Of a stretch of DNA of 64,000 nucleotides, positions 50,660 through 62,378 are shown piece after piece (position 1 is the stretch's first letter; every line of letters begins with the position of its first letter). Made by a program: the position numbers and the translations under genes. Source of the DNA: Camelus ferus (lineage: Eukaryota); the NCBI RefSeq assembly GCF_009834535.1, contig NC_045697.1:16246001-16310000 (forward strand). Direction: 5' to 3'. Below the pieces are notes generated by a model. It saw only the letters and a list, made by a program, of their open reading frames with translations. It was not told the origin of the DNA and did not search any database.

Positions 50660-53600
50660 GCTAGACACAATGAGGAAAGAATCAGCGAGCTTGAAGAAAT
50701 ATCAATGCAACTTCCAAAACCAGAATGCAAGGAGAAAAAAAGTGTAAAAGATGGAACAGGATATTCAAGAACTGAGTGACAATTATAAAATGTTTAACAT
50801 ACATGCAATGGGAATACCAAAAGGAGAAGATAGAAAAGAACAAAAGAAATATTTAAACTAATAGTAATAAATAATTTTCCAAAATTAATAACAGAAACCA
50901 AACCACTATATCCAGGAAGCTCAGACAACACCAAGCAGGATAAATGCCACAAAAATTACACCTAAATATGTCATATTAAAACTGAAAAAAAAAAATCAAA
51001 TACAAAGAAGAAATCTTGAAAAATGCCAGAGAAAAAAGCCACTCTATCTAGTAAAGAGCAAGGGTAAAAATTAAGACATCTCCTTAGAAACCCAGCTATA
51101 AGAGAGTAGTGAAACACTTAAAATGTTAAAAAACAAACAAGCACCAGATTACAATTCTTTTACCACTGAAATTATCCTTCAAAAGGAGAAATAAAAACTC
51201 TCAGATAAATAAAGTTGTGAGACTCTGTCACCAGTAGACCTGTTTTGCAAAAAAATGCTAAAATAAGTTCTTCAGAGAGAAGAAAAATTATATAGGTTAG
51301 AAAATCAAATTTACATTTACATTTAAAAAGAAACAATATTAGATATGAACTAAAATAAAGGTAAAAGAAAATGTTTTTTATTCTTAGGTTGATCTAATAG
51401 ATAACAGTTTTTTCATAACAATAGAAATAATCTATTCAATGATTACAGTTTATGGAAAGGTAAAATGAATAACAGCAATGTTAAAAGGGACAGGAGGGAA
51501 AAATTGGGCATATTCTGTTCTAAAGTATTTGCATTGCTTGTGAAGTGGTTTAGTGCTGTTTAAAAGTAAACTTGAAGTTGTAAATGTATATTTCAAATCC
51601 AAAGATGGCTATCGAAAGAAAAAAAAAAAACACTGATAGGCTAAGAGAAGAAAACTGAATCATATAAAATGCTTGTTTAATACCAAAGAGGGCTGAAAAA
51701 GAGTGGATGACCATGAAAGGAAGGAAGAAAAGGAAGTTAGGCAGGAAGGAAGAAAGGAAGGAAGGAAGGAAAAGAAAGAAATGACAAAAGGCAAAGAGTA
51801 GAAAACAGTAAAAATATGTAGTACATATTAATCCAACTAGATCAACAGTCACTTTAAACATCAATGGTCTAAATATATCAATTAAAAGACAGAGACTTTC
51901 ATACTGAATTAAGAAAAATGACCCAACTATGTGTTGTCTGCAAGAAATCCACTTTAAATATAAAACCCAGATAGGTTAAAAGTAAAGAAATGAAGAAAAA
52001 TATATCATGTCAACACCAGGTAAAAGAAAGCTGGCATAGTTATATTAATTTCAGGCAAAACTGACTTCAGAACATGACAAATTTCCAAGGATAAATAAGG
52101 GCATTACATAATGATAAAAGATTTAATTCTCCAAGAAGACATAACCATTCTTAACATGTATGTACCTAACAAAAGATCACCAAAATATGTGAGGCAAAAA
52201 CTGATAGAAATGCAAGGAGAAAGACAAATCCACTCTTGTAGTTGGAGTCTTCAACATCCCTCTTACAGTAATTGATAGATACAGCAGGCAGAAAATCAGT
52301 AAGGACATAGTTGAACTGAACAGCACCATCAATCAACTAGATCTAATTGACATTTATAGAAAACTTCATCCAACAACAGCAAAATGCACATTCTTCTCAA
52401 GCTCACATGGAATATTCACCAAGATAGACAATGGTCTGGGCCATGAAACACACCTTAACAAATTTAAAATAATGGGAAATCAGGCAAAGTATGCTCTGAG
52501 AAAACAATGGAATTAAACAAGATCAATGACAGAAACATAGCTGTAAACCACTCAAATACTTGGAGAGTAAATAATACACTTTTAAATGACACACAGATCA
52601 AATAAGAAGCCTCAAGAAAAATTTAAAAATATTTTGAACTAAATAAAAATGAAAATATACCTTATCAAGATTTGTGGGATTGTAGCAAAAGCAGTGTTTA
52701 GAAGAGAATATATAGATTTGAATGCATATATTAGAATCAAAGAAAGATCTAAAATTAATTATGTAAGCTTCCACCTTAGGAAACTAGGGGAAAAAAAGAG
52801 CAAATTAAGTTCACAGTAAGCAGAAAAAAGTAAGTAATAAAAATTAGCAGAAATCAATAAAATTGAAAATAGGAAATCGGGGGAGAAAAATCAGTGAAAC
52901 CAAAAGCTAGTTCTTTGAAAAGGTAATATAAGTATTAAACTTCTAGCAATGTTAACTAAGAAAAAAAAGAGATGGCACAAATGACTAATATCAGAAAGAA
53001 AGGAGGGGTCATCACAGCTGATCCTATGAACATTATAATAAGAATAAAGGAATATTATGAGCAACTCTACCCACAAATTTGATAACTTAGATGAAATGGA
53101 CCAATTCCTTGAAAGAAAAAAAAATCTATCAAAACTCACACAAGAAAAAAGATCATGTGAATAGGCCTGTATCTATTAAAGATACTGGATCAATAATTAA
53201 AAACTTTTGAAAACAGAAAACACCAGACCACATAGGTTCACTACTGAATTCAATCAAGCAGTCAAGCATTTCTAGAAAGAAATTATACCAGTTCTCTGCA
53301 ACTTCTTCCAGGAAATAGAAGCAGATGTTTACTTCCTAACTCATTCTATGAGATGAGCATTACCCTAATGCTCAAACCAGACAAAGACACAAGAAGAAAG
53401 GGAAACTACAGACCAATATTTCTCATGAACATAGATTGAAAAATATTCATGAAGTATTATCAAATCAACTCCAACAAGGTATAAAAAGAATTATACATTA
53501 CAACCAAGTGGGATTTATACTCAATACACAAAGCTGGTTCAACATTTGAAAAATCAGTGAATGTAAACCATCACAAATAAGCATTTGACAAGATCAAAAC

Positions 53601-54205
53601 CTATTCCAGATAAAAATGCTCAACAAGCTAAGAATAGAGGAGAACTTCAACTTGAGAAAAGAAACTTACAAAAAACCTACAGCTAACATCATACTTAATG
53701 GTGAGAAAATGAATGCTTTCCTCCTAAAAGCAGGAACAAGATGAGTATATTATCTTTCATCACTCCTATTCAGTGATATAATGCAAGCCCTAGCTAATAA
53801 GACAACAAAAGGTATACAGATGGAGAAAGGAGAAATAAAACTGTCTTTGTTCACAGATAGCATGATTTTCTATGTAAAAAATTCCCAAGAATAAACAACA
53901 ACAATAAGCCCCTGGAATGAAAAGCAATTGCAATAAGATTGTAGGATGCAATGTTAAAATAGAGGAGTCAGCTACTTTCTTATATACCAGCAATGAATAA
54001 CTGAAATTAGCAATTAAATGCACAATATAATTTACATTAGCACCAATAAAATAAATACTTAGGTATAAACCTAACAAAATAAGTGCAAAATTTTTATAAG
54101 GAAAATCACAAATTTGCAATGAAAGAAATCAAAGATGATCTAGATAAATGGAAAAATATTCTATGTACATGGATATAGAAAGAATCAATATTTTCAGGAT
54201 AGCAA
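50660..54205 (+). mobile_element. Decayed L1 (L1MC-like): ORF1 3' half, inter-ORF spacer and ORF2 through the RT domain
   Basis: ORF1 motifs (gaaagaatcagcgagcttgaag; atccaggaagctcagacaacaccaagcagg); ORF2 VTLNINGLN, PTMCCLQEIHF, GNYRPIFLMNID, KLSLFTDSMIFY. Confidence 0.92.
51716..51780. repeat. (GGAA)n-rich purine tract
   Basis: gaaaggaaggaagaaaaggaag...ggaaggaaggaaggaaaagaaagaa. Confidence 0.85.
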
Positions 54206-54207
54206 CT

Positions 54208-54366
54208 CTGTAGGCACATAATTGTTTATAATCCCCAATCATCCTTGTATTGCACATGGAATCAGTAGTGATGGAACAACTTTCATTTCTCATGTTAGTG
54301 ATTAGTGTATTCTCTCTTTTTTCTTAGTTAACCTGGTTAGAGTTTTATCAATTTTGTTGATATCTT
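54208..54366 (-). mobile_element. Short inverted L1 ORF2 fragment
   Basis: Reverse complement reads INKIDKTLTRLTKKKRE...SITTDSM, homologous to the plus-strand L1 at ~52920-53075. Confidence 0.85.
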
Positions 54367-54371
54367 GGGGT

Positions 54372-54783
54372 AAGAGAACCATTTGGAGCTTCCTGTGTTA
54401 CTGAAAAAATAGGCAAAAAACAAGAATATAAGTTACTATACTGTCTGGAGTGATAGTTAATGATGACCAAGGGAAACTGGGTTACTGATAAACTACAGAG
54501 TAAAAGAGAACTGTGTCTGAAACCCAGTGTTCTTTGGTATACCTCTTAATATTCCCATTTCCAATTCAAAGATTAATGTAAAAGTACAGTTAAAAAAAAA
54601 AAAAAGATGATTGAGGCCTTAGCCTTTTCAGGAACGAAAATCTTTGTCATCCCACCAAATAAAGTATCCTGAGGAGCTGTGGTTCTAGCCGAGGGCAATA
54701 GAAACGTGGAATTAAGAATAGAAGGAGGATGCCATAGATGTTTCTAGGGCTTTAAGGACAAGAATTTTAAAAAGGAATTGTAA
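54372..54783 (+). pseudogene. ERVL internal fragment: decayed dUTPase / pol C-terminus
   Basis: VTILSGVIVNDDQGKLG and SGTKIFVIPPNKVS*GAVVLAEGNRNVELRIEGG...KKEL* resemble recalled ERV-L motifs VTVLAGVIDPDYQGEIG and SGMKVWVTPPGK.PRPAEVLAEGKGN.EWVVEEG...KRGL*. Confidence 0.8.
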
Positions 54784-55029
54784 GTAAATATGCACATTTT
54801 CTCTTTGCTTGCTATATTTATGTGTTTATTTGACTATAATAACCAGTTTCTTCTTTCTTCTTCCTATTTTCATTTTATATACAAATTATTCGAATTTAAA
54901 CTCACAATTTAGTTTTGATTTATTCAGTAAGTATGTAAATGTATTTCAGGAGTAATCAATATAAGCATGGAAACAACTGTTGTAATGGTGTTTTCTTATT
55001 TTGCAGAAAAATTAGGAAGTTCTTCACTT

Positions 55030-56805
55030 GTAACTTGTGGGGTGAAGGAGCAACTAGAACGGGCCAGCATAAAAGAATTGTGGGGATGATGCACCTGTTC
55101 TTTATGGAGGCAAGGTGTCATACACCTGTATGCATTTGTCAAAATGAAGACAACTGTACCAAATGAGAATAAACTGTACTCTATTTAAATTTAAAAAAAA
55201 TCAACCAGGATGTGTAGGAAAGATGGAATGCTCACAGAAAGCAAACAGCTGTAATTATTACATATGAGTCATATCATCACTCTGAAGGAGTTGGGGAAAA
55301 GAGGCTAATCTAAGAATGATGGTAACACTGCTTTGACTGGATACTATAGGGTTAAAGACGAAAATAATTGTACATAAACACTTTAATTCAGTTTACAAAT
55401 TTGTTTTTCATAAGGATATAGGTAAGCGAGCCTGAAACTACTTTGTTTTATATTAGTGTTGAACAAATGAGCAGAGATAAATAATGAAGAGCATATTTCT
55501 CACAGTTGGAGGAATAAAATATGATCAAGAAAATGAAGAAGATTATAAGGAACTCTGTAGTGCTTGGTTCTACATAATCACTATGGACACATCAACTAAA
55601 TCACTATGAACACAGAAAAAAATGCTTACGCGTGTGTATGTATGCATAAGGTAGTATATATGCATATATTTTCTAGCTCTGTTTATTAAAAAAGACTAAA
55701 AGTGATGACATACCCTGCAGCACTGAGCCCACCTACTGCTCAGATATTGGCTTCTAAATGCCATTCTCCAATTTAAAAACAAACACAAAAGCAGGACCCT
55801 TGGAAAATTGATGGATTATAGGGATGAGATAGGAAAAAAAAATACAAGACATGCCTGGTGTGTCCTGGAGGGCTTAAATATATATGGGCATGTCAAAAGG
55901 GGAGAGGAGGCAACCCAAAAAAAGCTCTGCATGTCCAAAGTTGGAACAATTTGAACAACAAAGTAAATAATGATAGTATTGGATTCAAATCAAAAGGATA
56001 AAATAATTATCCAGGGTTCCATACCGAAATAAATGAATAAGTGAAAGGGGGGAAAGGAACAACTCTTCCTTACAGAATAATTACCATTAGGAAATGTGGA
56101 AGGAATGAGAGAAATAGAAAGTCGACACTGGAACGCAACAGTAGTAATTGTCACAGGCGTTGTTGCCTGGTGGTTCTTAAAATTAGCAGCAGAAATAGGA
56201 CATTTGCATTTATCCAGTTATCCACCTCAAAACATTAAGAGTTTACAAAATAAAAAAAATAGTAACTTTACATTAAAAACCCTGGCAGACCCCACCTTGA
56301 CCAAATAAACAATGTTAATATTGTTTGTAATACATATCAACAGCGCATATCCTTTGATATGAAGCACTGGGTAGAACATGTCACTTCTTTGATATTCTTC
56401 CCCAAAATACAAAACTTTAATCATGAACAAATTCCAGACACAACCAAACTGAGGAGCACTTCACACACACACAAAAAAAAAAGACCATATTTTTTAGGGT
56501 GCAAAGTAGGGAAAGACTTTGGAACTGTCACAGACTGGAGGAGAATAAGAATGTGACAAGTAAATGCAATGTGGAATCGTGGATTGAACCCTTGAATAGA
56601 AAAAAGGCATTAGTCGAAAAATTGGTAAAATCCAAATAGTTTAGATAATAGTATTTTACCAAGGTTAATTTCTAACCAAATTTAGTTTTGATAATTGCTC
56701 AGTGCTTATGTAAGATGTTAGTGGCAGCTGAGAGAAGGCTATGCATCAACTCTCTGTAATATTTTTGCCACTCTTCTGTAAGTCTAAAATTATATGTTTA
56801 AAAGA
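55030..56805 (+). mobile_element. L1MC-like long 3'UTR
   Basis: tgcatttgtcaaaa...; ctggcagaccccaccttgaccaa; taaatgcaatgtggaatcgtggattg; aactctctgtaatatttttgccactcttctgtaagtctaaaattat tail. Confidence 0.85.
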
Positions 56806-58029
56806 AAAACAACCTTTAAAATATGCAGAGGATCCAATTAGGTACATTTTAAAAAGAGCATATACAAATGGTGAAAGAAACTTACGGAAAAAATATTTAA
56901 ACTCTCCAGCAGTCAGGACAATGTAAATTAAATTAACTGTGTGGTGCTGTATTTCACCCATTGGGTTGGCCGTAAGGAACAAGAGCCATAATACCCAGTA
57001 CTCATGAACAGATGGGCAAACACTCTCTTTTACCCTTCTGGCTGCAGCATGACTTGTTACAGTTTTTTAGAAAGAGTAATATTCTACAACCTTAAGCCCT
57101 GTATCTAGTTCTGAGGAATTTATGCCATAGGAATAATGTTACAAGTATATAAGGATGTACGTAGATTTTCATAGCAATAGTATAGTAGTAAAACAAACAA
57201 ACAATGAAACAGAAACATGGAAACTTGGAAAAAACCCAAAATTTCATCAATAGAGAGATGCTCAAATCACTTGTTACTATGAAATATGGTACGATTATTA
57301 TGAGTTAGCTCCAGGCCATATTTTCTGACCTGGGCAGATATCAACAAAAATTTTAAACAAAAGTTTTAAGTGAGAAAAGAAAGTTGCAATGCCATGTATA
57401 TATACACATATATAATCCCCAGATTTGTAATTACAAGCATTGACAGTGAACATTCCTGTACATAACTTACGTAGATACTTCTGTACGAATACAGAGAAAA
57501 GAGTGGAAGAATACACTCTAGGCTGATAACAATGTCCATTTCAGGGGAATAGGAAAGCCATGACCTCTGTGTGGGTGGTGGTGATAGCGGTATTTATTAA
57601 CGTAAGTCTTCAGATGCTCAGTCCGTTGCATATTTTTCTGCCTCTCTCACTAGGGCCATTCAAACAAAAAGCAAATTCTCATCTCAATCAATATTTTAAA
57701 TTACCTACCAATTGTTATCTGAAGGTAGAAACAAAAAGTAACTACATCTTTTCTGATATTTAGTAAGGGAAAGACAATATTTTTTCTTCTATTCATAGAG
57801 ATGATTCCGAGAGAGTTGAGATGTTGAAAATAACTTCATGTTTTGAAATGTTGTATATTGATGAATAATATAAACATAAAAGTTTATTTTTCACGTAGGC
57901 ACAAGTTTCTCTTAATTTTTCACTGTGTCTGCAGCAAAATGACTCCTTCTGTTCAAAACAATGACAACACTGAGAAATCCCAAAGCATTTTATAAATAAA
58001 CCTTCAAAAGTGTTCCTGTATTTGTGACG

Positions 58030-58503
58030 TGTCGACTGAAATAAATGTGCAGCCTAAAAGTTGAGAGTTATGTTTTATTTGGTGGGAGGACTCGAGCTGG
58101 GATGACAGCCTCTCAGATGGCTCTGAGGGACTGCTCCGAAGAGGTAGGGGAGGAGCTAGGATATATAGGAGCTTTACAACAAAGACCAGGTAGTTGGAAC
58201 ATTAAAAAATTGCTTATTATCTAACGAAAACCAGGCATCTCAAGTTAAAGAATTTAGTGCTTTTCTATGTATGGGAGGAAGCAAACATTTGGGCTCATTG
58301 AATTCATTCCTTTGACAAGCACCTAGCTATCGAGGGTGCTTTATTTTGTCCTTTATTATTCTGAGTCCCCTCAGGGTGCACCATTGTGAGTGGCTGCAGA
58401 GGCCGGGCTGCAGGTCTGTCCTCCCTGCGGGTGGCGGCAGGCGCTGATGACTTGGTTTCAGTATTCTTTGTTTACTGATACGGTTGCAGTATTTTCCCTC
58501 ACA
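58030..58503 (-). mobile_element. ERV1-class solo LTR (474 bp, cetartiodactyl-type)
   Basis: TGT...ACA termini; 4-bp TSD gacg (58026-58029) / gatg (58504-58507); minus-strand TATA-like cctatatatcc and AATAAA (tttatt at ~58074); several CpGs retained. Confidence 0.9.
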
Positions 58504-58579
58504 GATGTTAAATGTATCTTTCTATATAACACTTTCTATATAACACTTCTGTTGAAATTTGATGAGTATGTAACTCTCT

Positions 58580-59062
58580 ACTCACTCATTCGTTCTTTCA
58601 ACAATTATTTACTAAGCGCATGTTAAGTACCAGGATCTAGGCTATTCATTAGGGATATGAATCAGCCTGCATGGAGCTCCAGTCAGAGAAGACAGACCCT
58701 AAACCCAAACTCATATGAATTAGGTATTTAGAGAGTAAAAGCATAGGATGTCCTGGCCTCTGTAATGAACTCATGTTTAGAAATAAGAAAAGGGTTAGAG
58801 AAAGAGAGTGACAGTTAAGTGAAGGCCTCAAGGGTAGGTAGATAATAGCTAGAAAATAGAGTGACAGAAGGGGAGGTTCCTTGCAAAGCCAACAGTACAC
58901 GTGAAGGTCCGGAGGAGAGAGAGAACTTGGCACCTCTGACAAACTGGAGGTCCTCAGGATACCTGGAGTCTAGAGGGCAATGGGAAAGATGAAGAAGAAG
59001 GAAGCCAAATAAGCGGGTCCAGAGCAGTGGGGGCTACATCAGCTGTTAAAGAGTTGGGACTT
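58580..59062 (-). mobile_element. L2 3' fragment
   Basis: actcactcattcgttctttcaacaattatttactaagcgcatgttaagtaccagg...tgttaaagagttgggactt. Confidence 0.8.
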
Positions 59063-61436
59063 CAATGGCTACTCCCAAACATCTTAATGGACTAGTTAAA
59101 TATGCATAATTGAAAGATGTCTCTTGCTGCTTCCTTTGAAGTCTCTAATAGATCTGCTACCAACAGACTTAGCTTTGAACTTTGCGTTTCGTAGATGTTT
59201 GATATATTTCCGTTGAACTGAGTATTTTATGGATAATTCTACTAACAGTCTCCTTTGTTTTCATTTATATCTTGCCTTCTTCCAAAAGGATTCGGGGCAT
59301 AGTGCAGATAACATATTTGTGGTAATATTTCTTCTGAAAAACTCATTGGTGGTTTATAAAAACCAGAAGACTGGCACTGAATTTTTTACAGACCCCTAAA
59401 TAATGATTATGGGTTTCTAGTAAGTGTGAGTTCTCTCGGCCTGGGGATGATGCTTAGTAGATGCTCAATTAGCTTTTGGTAACAAAGGAATGAATATTTT
59501 ATTGAAGATGTAAGGTATGGATGACTTGCATGCAATGGCAAGTATCAGACCAAACACTGAGCAGCATATGGACGGGTACATGACACGATCTTTTTCTGAA
59601 GCTCCTTGCAATCAAATAGGGGAAATTGCATGCCCACAAACACACAAGAAGATTCACTCTACCACACATGCACCTTACACTGAAGACAGAACATGATAAG
59701 CCCTGTATGAGAGGTACAGTGTCTACATTTCCTATTGCAAAGCAATATTTTCATTTTGCCTCAAATCAACCCAGTTTGCAAAAGTTCAGATACTTATCCA
59801 AACCAAATTCAAAGTCTAAAGCCTTGGGGTTTTCCCCGTCACTGTTTATATTACAGTTTTGAAAAATCACTGCAGGATGACTTAATTAATTGTCCCTTCT
59901 TTCAGGTCTCCATCTAAAATAGATGAATACCTATGCATCTCACAAATCAATGAGCCCTGGAACTTCCTACAGATAGATTAGCACATCTGTAGTTTAAAGC
60001 CAGTTTGCATTAGAAGGGAAAAATATATTCCCACGAGGAATGTTTAAGGGATCAATTCATATGCAAAGAAAACATGCTCTTCTCAGCAAGGAAACAATAT
60101 ATTTTGCTTCTGTTGCTGTGATTAATTACCCACCACAACTCGGAGAATGTTTTTAAAGGGCCATAGTCAATCTTTTAAGACCCACAAGTTGACCTGCATT
60201 AAAAGCTAAGGAGGAATTGCACACTAATTCTGAGCAGCTTTGTGTAGCAGGCCTGTTGGTGAGAAGTTATGGATAATAATAAAAATGCACAGCCTTTGTA
60301 TAACACTTAACGTGGGCAGTGTAGCCCCACCTCTTGTGACTGAGTCCACTAATGAATCACAGTTAAAACAATCAAACCTCTTCCCTGAGAGTCTCGCCAA
60401 TTACACTGCAGTGAAAATGACGATGAAATAATGGCTTCAGGAAAATTTCAGGGAGCCTCAGATTCTTCCAGATTCTTCCTTCTAATCAGTCTATGCAAAA
60501 ATGAATTTTAAGAAGAAATTACAAGCAAAAAATATTCATTTTAAGTCTTACTTTGTTTTGTTTCTTCTGATTTGCTGTGTAAGGCCTTGTTCAAGCATTT
60601 ACACTCTGCATCAATGACCAAAAAAAGAACAACAAAAAAAGCATAGTCTTTCAAAGCCAGGACCTATGTGCAATTTCTTTCTCTTCTCTCCTTACTGTCC
60701 GAGCTTCCCTTCTTCCTTCTTCCCTCCTTTGCTGATCTTTCCGCCTTCAGATAATGAGCAGAGCTCCCTCCAAGTGCCACACCTCACCCTGAAGCAACCT
60801 GATAACACATTACGACAACTTTAATGTCTTCACTGTTTGCAGAATGAAGGTTCCTGGCCACCTCTTTTCAGCGGAGTCTTCTTCCTGTGACCTCCTCCCT
60901 ACTCTATGGTGCTTTATTTCATTTGTTCTTTATTATGCTGGACTTGCAAGAGACGGGTGTGGACTCTCAGTGCCGATTTTTCACTCCTCATCTCTGAACA
61001 ACTTTCCCCTACCACACAAAGCTATGTACTCCTGCCTAGGACTGTATAAATAATAGTCAATTTGGCTTCAATTTCAGGCAGATGAACCCTGCCTTTGCAC
61101 AGTGACCCCTGGCAATCATAAGAAATGAAGCATGTGCACTGCCCACCCATTTGTGGAGAAAGGTTGGAGACACCTATTCCATCAGTTTTTTTCCCCATCT
61201 TTCAAGCTCCATTGCCACTGGTACATTCCCAGCAATGACCTGGAATGGGACCTTGAACAAACATAGAATCAATTCCAGGTTGTCTACTTCACAGACATCT
61301 GGATAAAGGCAAATTATTTGAAAACCCATAAGTTTGAAGATCTACCACTTCACTACCATAAAAGCTTAAGGCTTCATTTCTGATGCTTTAAATCTGCCAC
61401 ACTGGGGCAGTGTGGAGGCTGACAAAGACAAGAATT

Positions 61437-61688
61437 CTATGGTTACCAAAGGAGAAAAGGTGAGGAAGGGATAAATTAGGAGTATGGGATTAACAGATAC
61501 ACATTATTATACACAAAATAGATGAACAACAAGGACCTACTACACAGCACAGGGAACTATATTCAATTTCCTGTAATAACATGTGATGGAAAAGAATCTG
61601 AAGAGAAAAAAAAATATGTGTGTATATGTATAACTGAATCACTGTTGTACACCTGAAACTAACATTATAAAAAATAAAATAAAATAAA
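61437..61688 (+). mobile_element. Short L1 3'UTR insertion (artiodactyl-type tail)
   Basis: tatggttaccaaaggag...aacaacaaggacctactacacagcacagggaactatattcaa...; (taaaa)n tail; 7-bp TSD aagaatt (61430-61436 / 61689-61695). Confidence 0.9.
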
Positions 61689-62192
61689 AAGAATTAGTAG
61701 CCTCAAGAAACATTCTATCTGTGCTATGGAGTGTTTCAGTATTTTAAATTTCTAATACCACAATATCTGAGTACCACATACTCAACAGCTTGCTGGTGCT
61801 TTGTAGATTTTTGTTCTGTAACTTAGTCCTTGATTTTTAAGAACTTAGAATCAAAGAAAAAACCATAGATGCATACAAATACATAAAATACTCAGATCAT
61901 CTGTCTAGTCTCAACATGAGTCAGATAGAGTCAGAGAGGGTTAAATCTTGAAGGAAAAATAGACACCAGGAAGGTCTGTACTAACAACTTCCTTCCTTCT
62001 TGTCCCACTGACTTTGCAAGTCCGCCTAGCAGGTTCTTCCCCTTCCCTCTACTCATCCTCCAGGAATTATTTTGGCTCTCTCTTTTTCTTAGGATTCTTT
62101 CTAGGTCAACTTTCTGTCCATAAATTTGGTTTAGAAGCCAGCTTTTCTCCATAGCAATCTGTAATTACCCCTCGTGGCACTTCTCATGTGGC

Positions 62193-62378
62193 ATAGTCAC
62201 CCTTGTATCCCCAGGGAATTGGTTCCAGGGCCCCCATGGATACCAAAATCCATGGATGCTCTAGTGCCTTATACAGAAGGCGCAGTGCAGTCACCTATCT
62301 GTATCTTCAGGTTTGGCATCCGGGGATTCTGTTTTGATCTACATTTGGTTGAATCTGCAGATACCGAGGGCCAACTGT
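62193..62378. mobile_element. MER2-like Tigger MITE
   Basis: gggaattggttccagggcccccatggataccaaaatccatggatgctc...ttggttgaatctgcagataccgagggccaactg. Confidence 0.85.

Larger units (their letters stand above)
48760..57550 (+). mobile_element. Nested L1 cluster; outermost old L1ME-like ORF2/3' pieces at ~48760-49040 and ~56810-57550
   Basis: Left piece resembles the LTPYTKINSRWIKDLN region; the right piece continues with the later MANKHMKKCSTSL...MQIKTT region and 3'UTR. Confidence 0.7.

Noticed and set aside
58520..58550. Short tandem duplications (tttctatataacac x2; similar ones near 27303, 55577 and 60459)
   Set aside because: Ordinary slippage micro-duplications; no repeat-spacer periodicity, so not CRISPR-like.
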